A stretch of 64,000 nucleotides of DNA. Origin: an uncultured Alphaproteobacteria bacterium (GTDB lineage Bacteria > Pseudomonadota > Alphaproteobacteria > Micropepsales > Micropepsaceae). This document shows, one piece after another, positions 18,416-28,453 of the stretch. The notes below the pieces were generated by a model. The model was not told the DNA's origin. It ran no database searches and saw only the letters and a program-made list of their open reading frames with translations. The position numbers and the translations under genes were made by a program. The DNA is taken from NCBI GenBank assembly GCA_963849895.1, contig CAWKIU010000003.1, forward strand, positions 206,114 through 270,113, given 5' to 3'. Position 1 is the stretch's first letter, and the number at the start of each line of letters is the position of its first letter.

Positions 18416-19989
18416 TGCCTTTTGCAGGCACCGGTGGGCGCAATATCGTAGAGGGAAAAGAAACTTCCCGCATGGCGCAACGTCAGGAAATTCGGAACTT
18501 CGCTCGGCACGCCATCTCCATGGATGATCACAGCCTCGTCGAAGTGACACTGGAAAAATTTGAGGTAGGGAAAGACCTCGTCGATGTCGGGATCATCTTC
18601 GGCGCGGCCGGCCGCAAGATCTGCAAGCTCGGACAGGTCGGGGGGCGATCCTTGCGCGGCACTGGCGGCAGCAAGCTTATCATAGGGTGGATTTAGCTGA
18701 ACGATATGCTGTCCCTTTGTCGTGAACATCAATGGAGAGAACCCGCCGCGATCGATGATCGCGAATTCCGCCATATGCCAGTAAGGCTGGTCCGCTTCTT
18801 CGTCCATTGCGTCGGAATCCAGCACAGTAACGAGTTTGACGTTCCTGGGAAGTTCGCGAAGCGCGGCGCGAAATTCGCTATATTGCCGATCATAATCGTG
18901 CCAATTGTCCGCAAGAATGAATGCCGTCCAGCCGAGCGCGCACACCAATATGCAGCCGAAAACGGCCGACAGGCGAGCGTCGAGACGCAAATCCACGGAG
19001 GCAAACATCATGGCGCCCAATACAGCCGGCAGGCGAAGATGTACGCCCCATCCCCCAAGTGCCCACTCCGGGGAAATCAGCGTGAAAAGGGCAAGTATGA
19101 CGACGAGGAGTTTCATCAACGGATGGACGTGCAGCTTGCCGTAAACGAGACCGGTCATCCATGCGATCGCCAGCCCGCCCATCAAAAGGTAAGCCGGCTC
19201 GCCAAAGTAATACTGAATTGCCGCTCCAACCCGGTCATCGATTGTGTTGTCGAAGTTGAACGCAAATTGCCCGCTGTCAATGCCCGCAGGCCTCAGGATT
19301 GCGAAGGCAAGTACTGCGGGCAGAAATATCAAACCGACGGGTAGAGCCCGTCGAGCCAGCGCTTTTGAAAAATGGCTGGGGCTCTCCCAAGCACGCGAGA
19401 TTTCGAAACAGCCGATCATGAGCGCCAGAAGGGCGCAGGCGAACAAATGGCTCACGTAAAGAATGCAGACCATGACCGCAAAACCCGCAAGGGCAAGAGG
19501 TCCCCGCTTGCCGTCCGTTGCAATCCATACCGCAAATATCAGGAAACATAGGCCGGTCGCAAAATAGTAATTGAAAAAGCCCCAAGTGAAATTCGCGTTG
19601 TAGGCGAAGAATGCTCCGGCAAGCGGTGCGAGTCCGAACCTGCCGTATAAGGCACGCTGAATCGCCACAGGGCCTAGCACCCACAGGGAGATACCCACGC
19701 TCAAGAAGAGCTTGGCTGCCGCCTCCAGGGACATGAGTTTCGCCAGGAGCGGTACGAGCAGTTCTGAAGCGAGGTTTGGAACCAGTGTCCAGTGAACAAA
19801 ATAGAAGCGCGACGCCGCCTGCGCGCCGCCGAAAATTAGGTAAAAGCTAGCGAGATGCGCGGGGTAATCGGGCATTCCAGGCGACTGCACACACCACAGC
19901 GGTACGATCAGCAACGCCGTCGCAAGCCCAAGTGCCGCTATTGGCCAGTAACGCCCCCAAGACAATGTTATCACAGACCTGTTTTCCAC
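18412..19989 (-). CDS. polytopic membrane protein with C-terminal soluble domain (function unknown)
   Basis: 525 aa with many TM helices in the N-terminal ~370 aa. Translationally coupled to the downstream membrane protein. Confidence 0.65.
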   Translation of the reverse strand: MENRSVITLSWGRYWPIAALGLATALLIVPLWCVQSPGMPDYPAHLASFYLIFGGAQAASRFYFVHWTLVPNLASELLVPLLAKLMSLEAAAKLFLSVGISLWVLGPVAIQRALYGRFGLAPLAGAFFAYNANFTWGFFNYYFATGLCFLIFAVWIATDGKRGPLALAGFAVMVCILYVSHLFACALLALMIGCFEISRAWESPSHFSKALARRALPVGLIFLPAVLAFAILRPAGIDSGQFAFNFDNTIDDRVGAAIQYYFGEPAYLLMGGLAIAWMTGLVYGKLHVHPLMKLLVVILALFTLISPEWALGGWGVHLRLPAVLGAMMFASVDLRLDARLSAVFGCILVCALGWTAFILADNWHDYDRQYSEFRAALRELPRNVKLVTVLDSDAMDEEADQPYWHMAEFAIIDRGGFSPLMFTTKGQHIVQLNPPYDKLAAASAAQGSPPDLSELADLAAGRAEDDPDIDEVFPYLKFFQCHFDEAVIIHGDGVPSEVPNFLTLRHAGSFFSLYDIAPTGACKRQ

Positions 19990-20124
19990 CTCTGTCTAAG
20001 TTTCCCGTAAGCTAATGCTCTTTGCGCAGGCGATCCAGCAGACGGATCGGCACAGCAGCGTCCCGCCGAAGGAGAGCCATATGGAGATAATGAGAACATG
20101 CCCGACTGAAGATCGGTAAGATGC

Positions 20125-21294
20125 TTAAGCGTTGACCAGCTCAATCTGCACGACATCGGTACGCTTGGCACGGAATGCTGCCGCGCAAATGCCCAGATAG
20201 TATTCCCAGTTGCGCAAGAAACGTTCGTCATAGCCGAGCGCCAATATCTCTTGGCCCCGGGCGCGCATGCGCTCGGACCATTGGCGTAAGGTCTTCGCGT
20301 AGTCCATTCCAAACGAAAACTGATCTACCGCCTTCAGGCCCGCCCGCTCCGCCTCTTCGCGAAAGCGCTGCAGCGAGGGAAGCATCCCGCCCGGAAACAC
20401 GTAATGACGAATGAAATCGCTTTGCACGCGATACTTGGCGAAAAGCTCGTCACGCACGGTGATGGTTTGGATAACTGCGCGCCCGCCGCGCTTTAGCCGT
20501 TCGGCAACGGTGCGGAAATATCGCGGCCAATATTGTTCTCCGACGGCCTCGAACATCTCGATGGAAACGATCATATCGAACAGTCCGCGCGCTTTGCGAT
20601 AGTCCTCAAGCAGGATGTCCGCCGCGCCTTTGAGCCTTGCAGTGGCGAAGCCAAATTGGGACGGAGAAAGCGTCAGGCCCGTAAGACGGTGGCCATGCGC
20701 GACAGCGCGTTCCGCGAAGCCGCCCCAGCCGCATCCGATTTCAAGCACGGAGGAGTGCGGTTTGAGGAATTTGTCCAAGATGCGCTCGTATTTGTTGCGC
20801 TGGGCATCCTCGAGTGCCTCGGAGCCCTTGTTGAAAATGGCGGATGAATAGGTCATGCTTTTGTCGAGCCAAAGCGCATAAAATTCATTTCCAACGTCGT
20901 AATGGGCTTCGATGTTCCGCTTGCTCCCGCCGAGACTATTGCGCCGGACAAATCGATCCTGGATCATCATGGCCAATCGCGCCAGTGCGCTGCCCTGCGC
21001 GTATCTTTCGAATACATCCATATTCAGCAAGAGCAGCGTGACAAGATTTTCGACGTCGTCCGTATCCCATGCCCCCGCGACATAATCCTCACCCAGGGCA
21101 ATGTCGCCGCGCATTGCCACATGTCGCAGCACACTCCAGTCATGGAGAGAAAAGCACGCCGTCGGACCGGGATGGCGCCCTTGTGCGGTGAAGGTCTCGC
21201 CGTTTGGCGCTATGAAATGGAGGGTGCCGAATTCGAGCCGCGACAGCACCTCGCGCCAGCGCGCCTCGATCAGAGTGTCTGCAAGACGTGTCAT
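20125..21294 (-). CDS. cfa: cyclopropane-fatty-acyl-phospholipid synthase family SAM methyltransferase
   Basis: 389 aa. HYDVGNEFYALWLDKSMTYSSAIF, SAM motif VLEIGCGWGGFA, IEMFEAVGEQYWPRYF, FPGGMLPS. Confidence 0.85.
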   Translation of the reverse strand: MTRLADTLIEARWREVLSRLEFGTLHFIAPNGETFTAQGRHPGPTACFSLHDWSVLRHVAMRGDIALGEDYVAGAWDTDDVENLVTLLLLNMDVFERYAQGSALARLAMMIQDRFVRRNSLGGSKRNIEAHYDVGNEFYALWLDKSMTYSSAIFNKGSEALEDAQRNKYERILDKFLKPHSSVLEIGCGWGGFAERAVAHGHRLTGLTLSPSQFGFATARLKGAADILLEDYRKARGLFDMIVSIEMFEAVGEQYWPRYFRTVAERLKRGGRAVIQTITVRDELFAKYRVQSDFIRHYVFPGGMLPSLQRFREEAERAGLKAVDQFSFGMDYAKTLRQWSERMRARGQEILALGYDERFLRNWEYYLGICAAAFRAKRTDVVQIELVNA

Positions 21295-21620
21295 ATCGCC
21301 CCCTTTATTGGGCCGTCGAGAAACCGGATCAGGTTGACCTCAATGATAGATCAATTCGGGCAGCCGGCAGCAATCGATTTTTGGCCAAGCCGACCAAATT
21401 TCCAGTTCGCCTCTATTCTGTAACACATTGATAAGATAGAGTAATGTTCACCTTAGAGGTTCGGTGCGGCCGGGCGTCTCTTGACGCAAAGGGCGAGGTG
21501 CGCTCTCCAGGGCCGCGCGATGCACAATTCGAACACGGCGGTTCGCCATCGGATTGCGCAAGACGACAAGGGTCTGAAACGCGGTCCGGCACAATTCTGC
21601 GGATCGACGCTTAGAGAGTA

Positions 21621-22754
21621 ATGTATCCCATGACGCTTCCCGCGATTGAACCCCGCGCCGCCGCCAAAGCGGGCGATGTGCAGCTCTCCGTCATCATCCC
21701 GACCTACAAGGAGCGGGGAAATGTCGCTGAGTTGATTGCCAGACTCGAACGCGCATTGCATGGCGTTTCTTGGGAAGCAGTCTTCGTTGACGACAATTCG
21801 CCCGATGGCACGACCGATGCTGTCAAAGCCATCGCCTGGGTCGACCCGCGCATCCGCTGCATCCGCCGGGTGGGGCGGCGGGGCCTCGCCGGGGCCTGCA
21901 TCGAAGGCATGTTGTCGTCGAGCGCCCCCTTTGTCGCGGTGATGGATGCCGATCTTCAGCATGACGAACGCGTCTTGCCTGCGATGTTGACGAAGCTCCA
22001 ATCCGGCCACGTCGATCTGGTGGCGGCGACGCGATACAGTGAAGGCGGCAGCGCGCAATCCTTCAGCGAAAACCGCGGCGCAATCAGCCACTTTGCTACG
22101 CGACTCGCCCAGCGCGCGCTTGGTACGACGCTCAGCGATCCGATGAGCGGCTTCTTCATGATGCGCCGCGATGCGTTTGATGCGATGGCGGCGCGCCTGT
22201 CGCCCGTCGGGTTCAAGATTCTGCTGGATATCGCCACCGCAAGCGAAGGATTGCGTATTGCCGAACAACCCTACGAATTCGGCGCGCGCAGCGAAGGCGA
22301 CAGCAAGTTCAACGTGCAGATTGGGTTGGAATTCCTCGGCCTTTTGCTCGCCAAACTTACCAACGGTCTTGTCGATCCGCGGTTCATTTTCTTTGCCTTG
22401 GTCGGCGCGATCGGTATTGCGATCAATCTCGGCACGCTGAATGTTGCACTCCTGGTTTGGCCGGCGTCCTTCACGCTGGCAAAAAGCATCGCTACCTTCG
22501 TCGCAACCTCCAGCAACTTTTTGCTCAATAACTCCCTGACCTATCGCGACCGGCGTCTGCGCGGACTGGGTATGCTGCGCGGATTTATCGGCTTTTGCCT
22601 GATCGGCAGTGTCGGCGCGCTCACCGATATTGGACTGGCCTACCAGCTCTATGCCGACCATGAGATGTGGTGGGTTGCCGGTCTCGCCGGCGCGGTTATG
22701 AGCGTTCTTTGGAATTATGCGATGTCGAGCATGTTCATCTGGCGTACGCGATGA
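21621..22754 (+). CDS. polyprenyl-phosphate glycosyltransferase (GT2, DPM1/ArnC-like) fused to a GtrA-like membrane domain
   Basis: 377 aa. LSVIIPTYKERGN...VFVDDNSPDGT...VMDADLQHDE. The C-terminal 4-TM segment (FALVGAIGIAINLG...NYAMSSMFIW) is GtrA-like. Confidence 0.85.
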   Translation: MYPMTLPAIEPRAAAKAGDVQLSVIIPTYKERGNVAELIARLERALHGVSWEAVFVDDNSPDGTTDAVKAIAWVDPRIRCIRRVGRRGLAGACIEGMLSSSAPFVAVMDADLQHDERVLPAMLTKLQSGHVDLVAATRYSEGGSAQSFSENRGAISHFATRLAQRALGTTLSDPMSGFFMMRRDAFDAMAARLSPVGFKILLDIATASEGLRIAEQPYEFGARSEGDSKFNVQIGLEFLGLLLAKLTNGLVDPRFIFFALVGAIGIAINLGTLNVALLVWPASFTLAKSIATFVATSSNFLLNNSLTYRDRRLRGLGMLRGFIGFCLIGSVGALTDIGLAYQLYADHEMWWVAGLAGAVMSVLWNYAMSSMFIWRTR

Positions 22755-24214
22755 AGCGAGACGCCGGGTTTCTCGCGGCGCTCGTGGTCCTTTGCGCGCT
22801 GCGCCTGCTGGCGGGCGCGCTGCTGCCGCTTTCTTCCGACGAAGCTTATTACTGGCTTTGGTCGCGCCACCTCGCGGCGGGCTATTTTGATCACCCCCCG
22901 GCCATCGCGTTCCTCATTCGCGCAGGCACGCTGATATTCGGCGATACGCCATTCGGCGTGCGCGCGGGCGCCATTGCTTTGTCTTTCGTGACCAGTTGGT
23001 TCGTGTGGCGCCTGGGCGCGATTCTGGGGCGCGACGAGAAAGTGGGCGCGCTCGCATGTCTCTTTTTCAATCTCACCTTGATGGCAAGCGTCGAAATGCT
23101 GGCCGCGACGCCCGATGCGCCGTCCATCGCTACCTCGGCGGTTTTCTGTTGGGCCTTGGCGAAACTCGCCGAGAGCAAAGATGGGCGTTGGTGGATCGTT
23201 GCCGGCTTTGCGGCGGGGCTCGGGTTGCTGTCAAAATACTCCGCGTTTTTTTTGGGCGCAGGCGCAGTTCTCTGGCTGGTCGCCAGCCCGCCAATGCGCC
23301 GTTGGCTCGCCTCGCCCTGGCCCTATTTGGGCGCGGCGCTAGCATTTGTCTTATTCGCACCAAATCTGTGGTGGAACGCCTGCCATGGCTGGGCGACGTT
23401 CGGCTTCCAATTGGCGCGCGTGGAGAGCGGACACTTCACGTTGCGCTATTTGTTTGAGTTTCTTGGCGCGCAAGCCGCTCTTGCCTCGCCCTTCATCCTC
23501 ATTCTGGGGTGCGTCGGCCTGAGCGCAGCAACGGTCGCGCGCCGCGAAAACCTTGCACTGGTCGCCGCCATCCTGTGGCCATCGATACTCTATTTCTCCT
23601 GGCATTCCTTGCATGACCGGGTGCAAGGCAATTGGCCGTGCTTTCTTTACCCAATGTTGTGCGTCGCCGCCGCGCTGGCGTTGCACAGGACCGATTGGAC
23701 AGGCTGGCGCGCTATTATCGTGCGCTGGTCCGCACGTATTGCCGTTCCGTTCGCGGCGGCGTTGCTCTTGGGTGGATACGCTCAGGCCCTGATCGGTGTC
23801 GTGCCGATGGGCCGCAAGGATCCCGTAGCACGTCTGCTCGCGACGGGCCTGCCCAAGGTCGCGGATGCGTTGGACCAGTTGCGCAGCGCTCAGCATGCCA
23901 CGGCTATATTGACGACCGACTACGCGTCGGCGGCATGGTTTTCCTTTTACGCGCCGGGCCATCCCCCCATCGTCGATATCGGGGAGGATTATCGCTGGCC
24001 CGATGCGCCCAAGCCGGACGCGAGACTGATGGCCCCCCCCGCACTCTATATATGCGAAACGCGCCGCAACCGCCGCGACCTGGTGGAAGCCCATTTCACG
24101 CAGGTTGTTGAAATTGCCCGCATCGACCGCAAGCAAGTAGGCATCGCGATCGCTCACTATGTCGTTTATCGCGTCAGCGGGCCAAAGGGTACCCCAGTCG
24201 GCCGCATGCCGTAA
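22751..24214 (+). CDS. ArnT/PMT-like glycosyltransferase (GT39/GT83-type, GT-C fold)
   Basis: Start at MKRDAGFLAALVVL (ATGA overlap with the GT2 gene). SSDEAYYWLWSRHLAAGYFDHPPAIAFLI motif, about 11 TM helices, soluble C-terminus. Confidence 0.8.
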   Translation: MKRDAGFLAALVVLCALRLLAGALLPLSSDEAYYWLWSRHLAAGYFDHPPAIAFLIRAGTLIFGDTPFGVRAGAIALSFVTSWFVWRLGAILGRDEKVGALACLFFNLTLMASVEMLAATPDAPSIATSAVFCWALAKLAESKDGRWWIVAGFAAGLGLLSKYSAFFLGAGAVLWLVASPPMRRWLASPWPYLGAALAFVLFAPNLWWNACHGWATFGFQLARVESGHFTLRYLFEFLGAQAALASPFILILGCVGLSAATVARRENLALVAAILWPSILYFSWHSLHDRVQGNWPCFLYPMLCVAAALALHRTDWTGWRAIIVRWSARIAVPFAAALLLGGYAQALIGVVPMGRKDPVARLLATGLPKVADALDQLRSAQHATAILTTDYASAAWFSFYAPGHPPIVDIGEDYRWPDAPKPDARLMAPPALYICETRRNRRDLVEAHFTQVVEIARIDRKQVGIAIAHYVVYRVSGPKGTPVGRMP

Positions 24215-24277
24215 GACGAATTGCAACGCGCGCGCTCGGGGACATAAACTCGGGCCGAAAAACGAGAGACACAGCAC

Positions 24278-25681
24278 ATGGCCGATCAATTCGACGCCGT
24301 CATTATTGGAGGCGGCCCCGGCGGCTACAATGCCGCCATCAGGCTCGGTCAGCTCGGCCTGAAGACGGCTTGTATCGACAAGCGCGGTCGCTTCGGCGGC
24401 ACCTGCCTCAATATCGGCTGCATACCGTCCAAAGCATTGCTGCATGCCTCCGAGCGTTTCGAAGAAGCACGCAAGGATTTTGCCAAGCTCGGCATTAAAG
24501 CGGAAGTGACCCTCGATCTTCCCGCGATGATGGCGCACAAGGACAAGGTGGTGAGCGAACTCACCAAAGGCGTTGAGTTTCTGCTCAAGAAGAACAAATC
24601 CGAAGCTGTCGTCGGCGAGGCGCGGATCGCGGCTCCCGGTAAGGTCGAGGTCAAGGGCGCGGATGGCGCGCTGCGCACGCTTGAGACCAAGAACATCATC
24701 ATTGCCACCGGTTCGGACGTGGCCATGCTGCCGGGTGTCACAGTCGACGAGGAACGGATCGTATCCTCCACCGGCGCGCTGGCGTTGAAGCAAGTTCCCA
24801 AGCGGCTCTTGGTCGTCGGCGGCGGCTATATCGGTCTTGAACTCGGTTCGGTCTGGCGCAGGCTGGGCAGCGAGGTTCTGGTTGTGGAGTTCCTTGACCG
24901 CATCACGCCGAGCCTTGATGGTGAAATCGGCAAACAATTCCAGCGCATTCTGCAAAAGCAAGGCATGAAGTTCCAACTCTCCACAAAGGTCGTCGGTGTC
25001 GAGAAGACGGGCAGCGCCTTGCGTGTCTCGCTGGAGCCGGCGGCAGGCGGCGAGCAACAGATCGTCGAAACCGATGTCATGCTCGTCTCAATCGGGAGGC
25101 GGCCGTATACCGATTCCCTTGGCCTCGACAAGGTCGGGGTCACGCTCGATTCGCGTGGACGCGTGGTGAGCGACACGCATTTCAAGACCAATATCGGCGG
25201 CATCTGGGCAATCGGCGATTGCCGCGAGGGCCCTATGCTTGCCCATAAAGCGGAGGACGAAGCCGTTGCCTGTGCCGAGCGCATTGCGGGGCGCGCCGGT
25301 CATGTGAATTACGATGCGATCCCCGCCGTCGTGTACACCGCGCCGGAAGTCGCCTCGGTCGGAAAGACCGAGGAAGAATTGAAGGCGGCGGGAACCCAAT
25401 ACAAGATCGGCAAGTTTCCCTTCAGCGCCAATGCGCGCGCGAAAACCATCGCGGCAACGGAGGGATTTACGAAAATACTTGCCGACGCCAAGACGGACCG
25501 CGTGCTTGGCGTGCACATCCTTGGGCCGGACGCCGGTAACATGATTTCGGAGGCCGCTCTCGCGATTGAATTCGGCGCTTCGTCGGAAGATATCGCGCGC
25601 ACCTCTCATCCCCATCCCACGCTCTCGGAAGCCGTGCGTCAGGCGGCGATGGGTGTGGAAGGATGGACGATGCAGATGTGA
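24278..25681 (+). CDS. lpd: dihydrolipoyl dehydrogenase
   Basis: 467 aa. IIGGGPGGYNAAIRLGQLG, redox-active GGTCLNIGCIPSKALL, C-terminal HPHPTLSEA. Confidence 0.93.
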   Translation: MADQFDAVIIGGGPGGYNAAIRLGQLGLKTACIDKRGRFGGTCLNIGCIPSKALLHASERFEEARKDFAKLGIKAEVTLDLPAMMAHKDKVVSELTKGVEFLLKKNKSEAVVGEARIAAPGKVEVKGADGALRTLETKNIIIATGSDVAMLPGVTVDEERIVSSTGALALKQVPKRLLVVGGGYIGLELGSVWRRLGSEVLVVEFLDRITPSLDGEIGKQFQRILQKQGMKFQLSTKVVGVEKTGSALRVSLEPAAGGEQQIVETDVMLVSIGRRPYTDSLGLDKVGVTLDSRGRVVSDTHFKTNIGGIWAIGDCREGPMLAHKAEDEAVACAERIAGRAGHVNYDAIPAVVYTAPEVASVGKTEEELKAAGTQYKIGKFPFSANARAKTIAATEGFTKILADAKTDRVLGVHILGPDAGNMISEAALAIEFGASSEDIARTSHPHPTLSEAVRQAAMGVEGWTMQM

Positions 25682-25759
25682 GGCCTGGGGATGATTAGGC
25701 CCAATTCCTTCAACACGCCTTCAGTTAGAAATCGTGAGAAAAGTTAGACAGAGCGCCGT

Positions 25760-26506
25760 TCACAGCGCACTGCGCGTCACGAGCACCTTTTGATAAAAGC
25801 CCCCAAAAAAGGACTCGCGTTCAACCTCGGCAACCGCGCCCGAAGGCGGCAACCAATCGGCGATTTCATTACGCCACAGATCGAGCGCAAACGGTTCGAG
25901 CACGGCGAGCAATGGGCGCCAAATATAGAAGAGCGGATTCCAGCGATAGGGCCGCGCAAAGTCGACGATCAGAATCTTTCCGCCGGGCCTGACCACGCGA
26001 AGCGCCTCGCTCAGCGTTTTGACGCGCTGGTCTTTGGGCTGCTCGTGCAACAGGAAGAAAAGCAGAACCCGGTCATAACTTTCGCTCGGCAAATTCAGGT
26101 CGGTTGAATCCATGTGCAACAGACGGGCCGTCGCTCGCGTGGGCAGTTTCCACTTCAAATTCTTCAGTTGAATCGGCAAGACGTCGATTACATCGAGCTT
26201 GCCTTTCCCGGCGACAACGCTTCGCGCCAAACGGCTCGTCAAATCGCCATAGACACACGAGATCTGCAGAACATTTGCGGCCGGCAAATCCTCGAACTCC
26301 GCTAGCGCGGCCTCGCGCAATCGCACATAGTTGCCCAGCAGGATAAGGTTGATGAGCCAGGGACGATCGAAAAATTGTACCGCCTTGGGGTGAATATAGG
26401 CCCACCAATAGTGACGGCGCAGATATTCCGGAATGCGAACGGCACTCGATGGCTTGGCCGGCCCCGGCAATGGTGCCGTGGCGATCTCATTCAAATTATC
26501 CAACAT
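25760..26506 (-). CDS. class I methyltransferase-fold protein with degenerate SAM motif I; RquA-like (rhodoquinone biosynthesis) candidate
   Basis: 249 aa from MLDNLNEIA (alternative start at 26548). IPEYLRRHYWWAYIHPKAVQFFDRPWLINLILLGNY. Motif I position reads VLQISCVYGDL instead of VLDxGCGxG. The rest is UbiE/UbiG-like (DRVLLFFLLHEQP, VRPGGKILIVDF). Confidence 0.6.
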   Translation of the reverse strand: MLDNLNEIATAPLPGPAKPSSAVRIPEYLRRHYWWAYIHPKAVQFFDRPWLINLILLGNYVRLREAALAEFEDLPAANVLQISCVYGDLTSRLARSVVAGKGKLDVIDVLPIQLKNLKWKLPTRATARLLHMDSTDLNLPSESYDRVLLFFLLHEQPKDQRVKTLSEALRVVRPGGKILIVDFARPYRWNPLFYIWRPLLAVLEPFALDLWRNEIADWLPPSGAVAEVERESFFGGFYQKVLVTRSAL

Positions 26507-26671
26507 GCGCCCTTGATTGATTTTCAGAAGATTGCCCCGCAGGCACATATTTGCGCCGTTGCCGTACCATGGGCAATGCGACCCAGTTGCCGTTAACCGA
26601 CAAGGATTGTCGCGCGGCGTCAGGCATTATTCTTGCCCTATGGTGAAAAGTCGCAGGCACTTCGCACAGGA

Positions 26672-28300
26672 TCACGCAGAAACCGGGCCGGCTTGCAAGA
26701 CGTCCGCACCCACATGGGCCTCGAATTTCTCGAAATTCTTGGCGAACATCGAAACGAGTTTGCGCGCTTGCGCATCGTATGCCGCTTTGTCGCTCCAGGT
26801 ATCGCGCGGGTCAAGAATTCTTGAATCGACGCCGTGCACGGCCGTCGGCACCAAGAAGCGAAAATAGGGATCGACACGCATTTCGTTGCCGGCCAGCGTG
26901 CCGTCCAGGGCGGCCGACAGAAGCGCGCGCGTCGTCTTGATGGGCATGCGCTTTCCCGTTCCAAACGGACCGCCCGTCCAGCCGGTGTTCACCAGCCAGC
27001 AATCGGCGTGATGCTGGCCGATCAACTCGCGCAGCAGCTTGCCGTATTCGCAAGGATGACGCGGCATGAAGGGCGCGCCGAAGCAAGTCGAAAAAGTCGG
27101 TTCCGGTTCCGCGCCCAACCCCTTCTCCGTTCCGGCGACCTTGGCGGTGAAGCCGGAGAGGAAATGATACATGGCCTGCGACGGCGTCAATTTGGCGATC
27201 GGCGGCAGCACACCGAAAGCGTCCGCCGTCAGCATGATGACATTCTTGGGATGATTTGCGGTGCCGGTCTTCGATGCATTTGGGATGAATTCGATCGGAT
27301 AAGCCGCACGGGTATTCTCGGTAAATTCTTCGCTGTCGAGATCGAGCGTGCGCGTCTTGGGATGCATGGCGACGTTTTCAAGCACCGTGCCGAATCGTTC
27401 CGTCGCGGCGTGAATTTCCGGTTCGGCTTCGGCCGATAGTCGGATCACCTTGGCATAGCAGCCGCCCTCGAAATTGAAGACGCCATTTTCACTCCAGCCA
27501 TGTTCGTCGTCGCCCACCAGCGTGCGCGTCGCCACCGCGGAAAGCGTCGTCTTGCCGGTGCCCGAAAGCCCGAAGAAGATCGCTGCATCGCCGCCGCTTC
27601 CCACATTTGCCGAACAATGCATCGGCATGACGTGTTTGGGCGGCAGCAGATAATTGAGGATCGTGAAGACGGATTTCTTGATCTCTCCGGCATAAGACGT
27701 CCCGCCGATCAGCACGAGCTTTTTCGTGAAATCGAGGGCGATGACCGTGCCGGTGGCCGTGCCGTGAAGCGCGGGATCGGCGGTGAAACCCGGCAGATCG
27801 ATGATGGTGAACTGCGGCACGAAATCAGCCTGCTCATCCGCTGTCGGCTGAAGCAGGAGGTTCTGTATGAACAAAGAATGCCAAGCAAGCTCCGTCACCA
27901 CGCGAACGGGCAGGCGATAACCGACATCAGCGCCGCCAAAGAGGTCTTGCACGAACAACTCGCGCCCTTCGGCATAGGACATCATGTCCTTGAACAAGGC
28001 ATCGAAATGGGACGGCGACATCGCCTTGTTGTTGTCCCACCACACGCGCGGCGTGCTCGCCGCGTCTTTCACGATGAATTTGTCGGACGGGGAACGTCCG
28101 GTATGCTGCCCGGTGAGAGCGACCAGTGGACCGTTTTTGGCGACGTGACCTTCGCCGCGCTGGATGGCTTCTTCATAAAGCTGGGCGACGGTCAGATTCC
28201 AGTAGGTATTTCGTAGATTGCGGAAGCCGTGCTGCTCCAACCCTGACGAAGCGCAATGGCTGTCGCCAGTATTCGGTTTGGTCTCGAGACTTCTTTGCAT
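26672..28300 (-). CDS. pckA: phosphoenolpyruvate carboxykinase (ATP)
   Basis: 542 aa. [10 protein letters not shown], kinase-1a [27 protein letters not shown]. Confidence 0.93.
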   Translation of the reverse strand: MQRSLETKPNTGDSHCASSGLEQHGFRNLRNTYWNLTVAQLYEEAIQRGEGHVAKNGPLVALTGQHTGRSPSDKFIVKDAASTPRVWWDNNKAMSPSHFDALFKDMMSYAEGRELFVQDLFGGADVGYRLPVRVVTELAWHSLFIQNLLLQPTADEQADFVPQFTIIDLPGFTADPALHGTATGTVIALDFTKKLVLIGGTSYAGEIKKSVFTILNYLLPPKHVMPMHCSANVGSGGDAAIFFGLSGTGKTTLSAVATRTLVGDDEHGWSENGVFNFEGGCYAKVIRLSAEAEPEIHAATERFGTVLENVAMHPKTRTLDLDSEEFTENTRAAYPIEFIPNASKTGTANHPKNVIMLTADAFGVLPPIAKLTPSQAMYHFLSGFTAKVAGTEKGLGAEPEPTFSTCFGAPFMPRHPCEYGKLLRELIGQHHADCWLVNTGWTGGPFGTGKRMPIKTTRALLSAALDGTLAGNEMRVDPYFRFLVPTAVHGVDSRILDPRDTWSDKAAYDAQARKLVSMFAKNFEKFEAHVGADVLQAGPVSA

Positions 28301-28453
28301 TGTCCGGTCAGGTTGATTTTTCTCGCAAGTATCACCCCGTACCTTGCCGGCAGTAAGTGCATGAAGTGACGCAGAGGCGCCGGCTCAACGGTGCGGCGGT
28401 TTGGCCCTAAGCATCGGAAAAAGCCCAAACTTCAGTCATACCGCCAGTCGGCT

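Noticed and set aside
21453-22661. 402-aa ORF on the minus strand
   Set aside because: It lies entirely antisense to the well-supported GT2-GtrA gene. The Arg/Ala/Gly-rich low-complexity translation is typical of antisense frames in high-GC DNA, and no motifs are present.
23351-25057. 568-aa ORF on the minus strand
   Set aside because: It is antisense to both the ArnT-like gene and lpd and spans their intergenic gap. The composition is artefactual.
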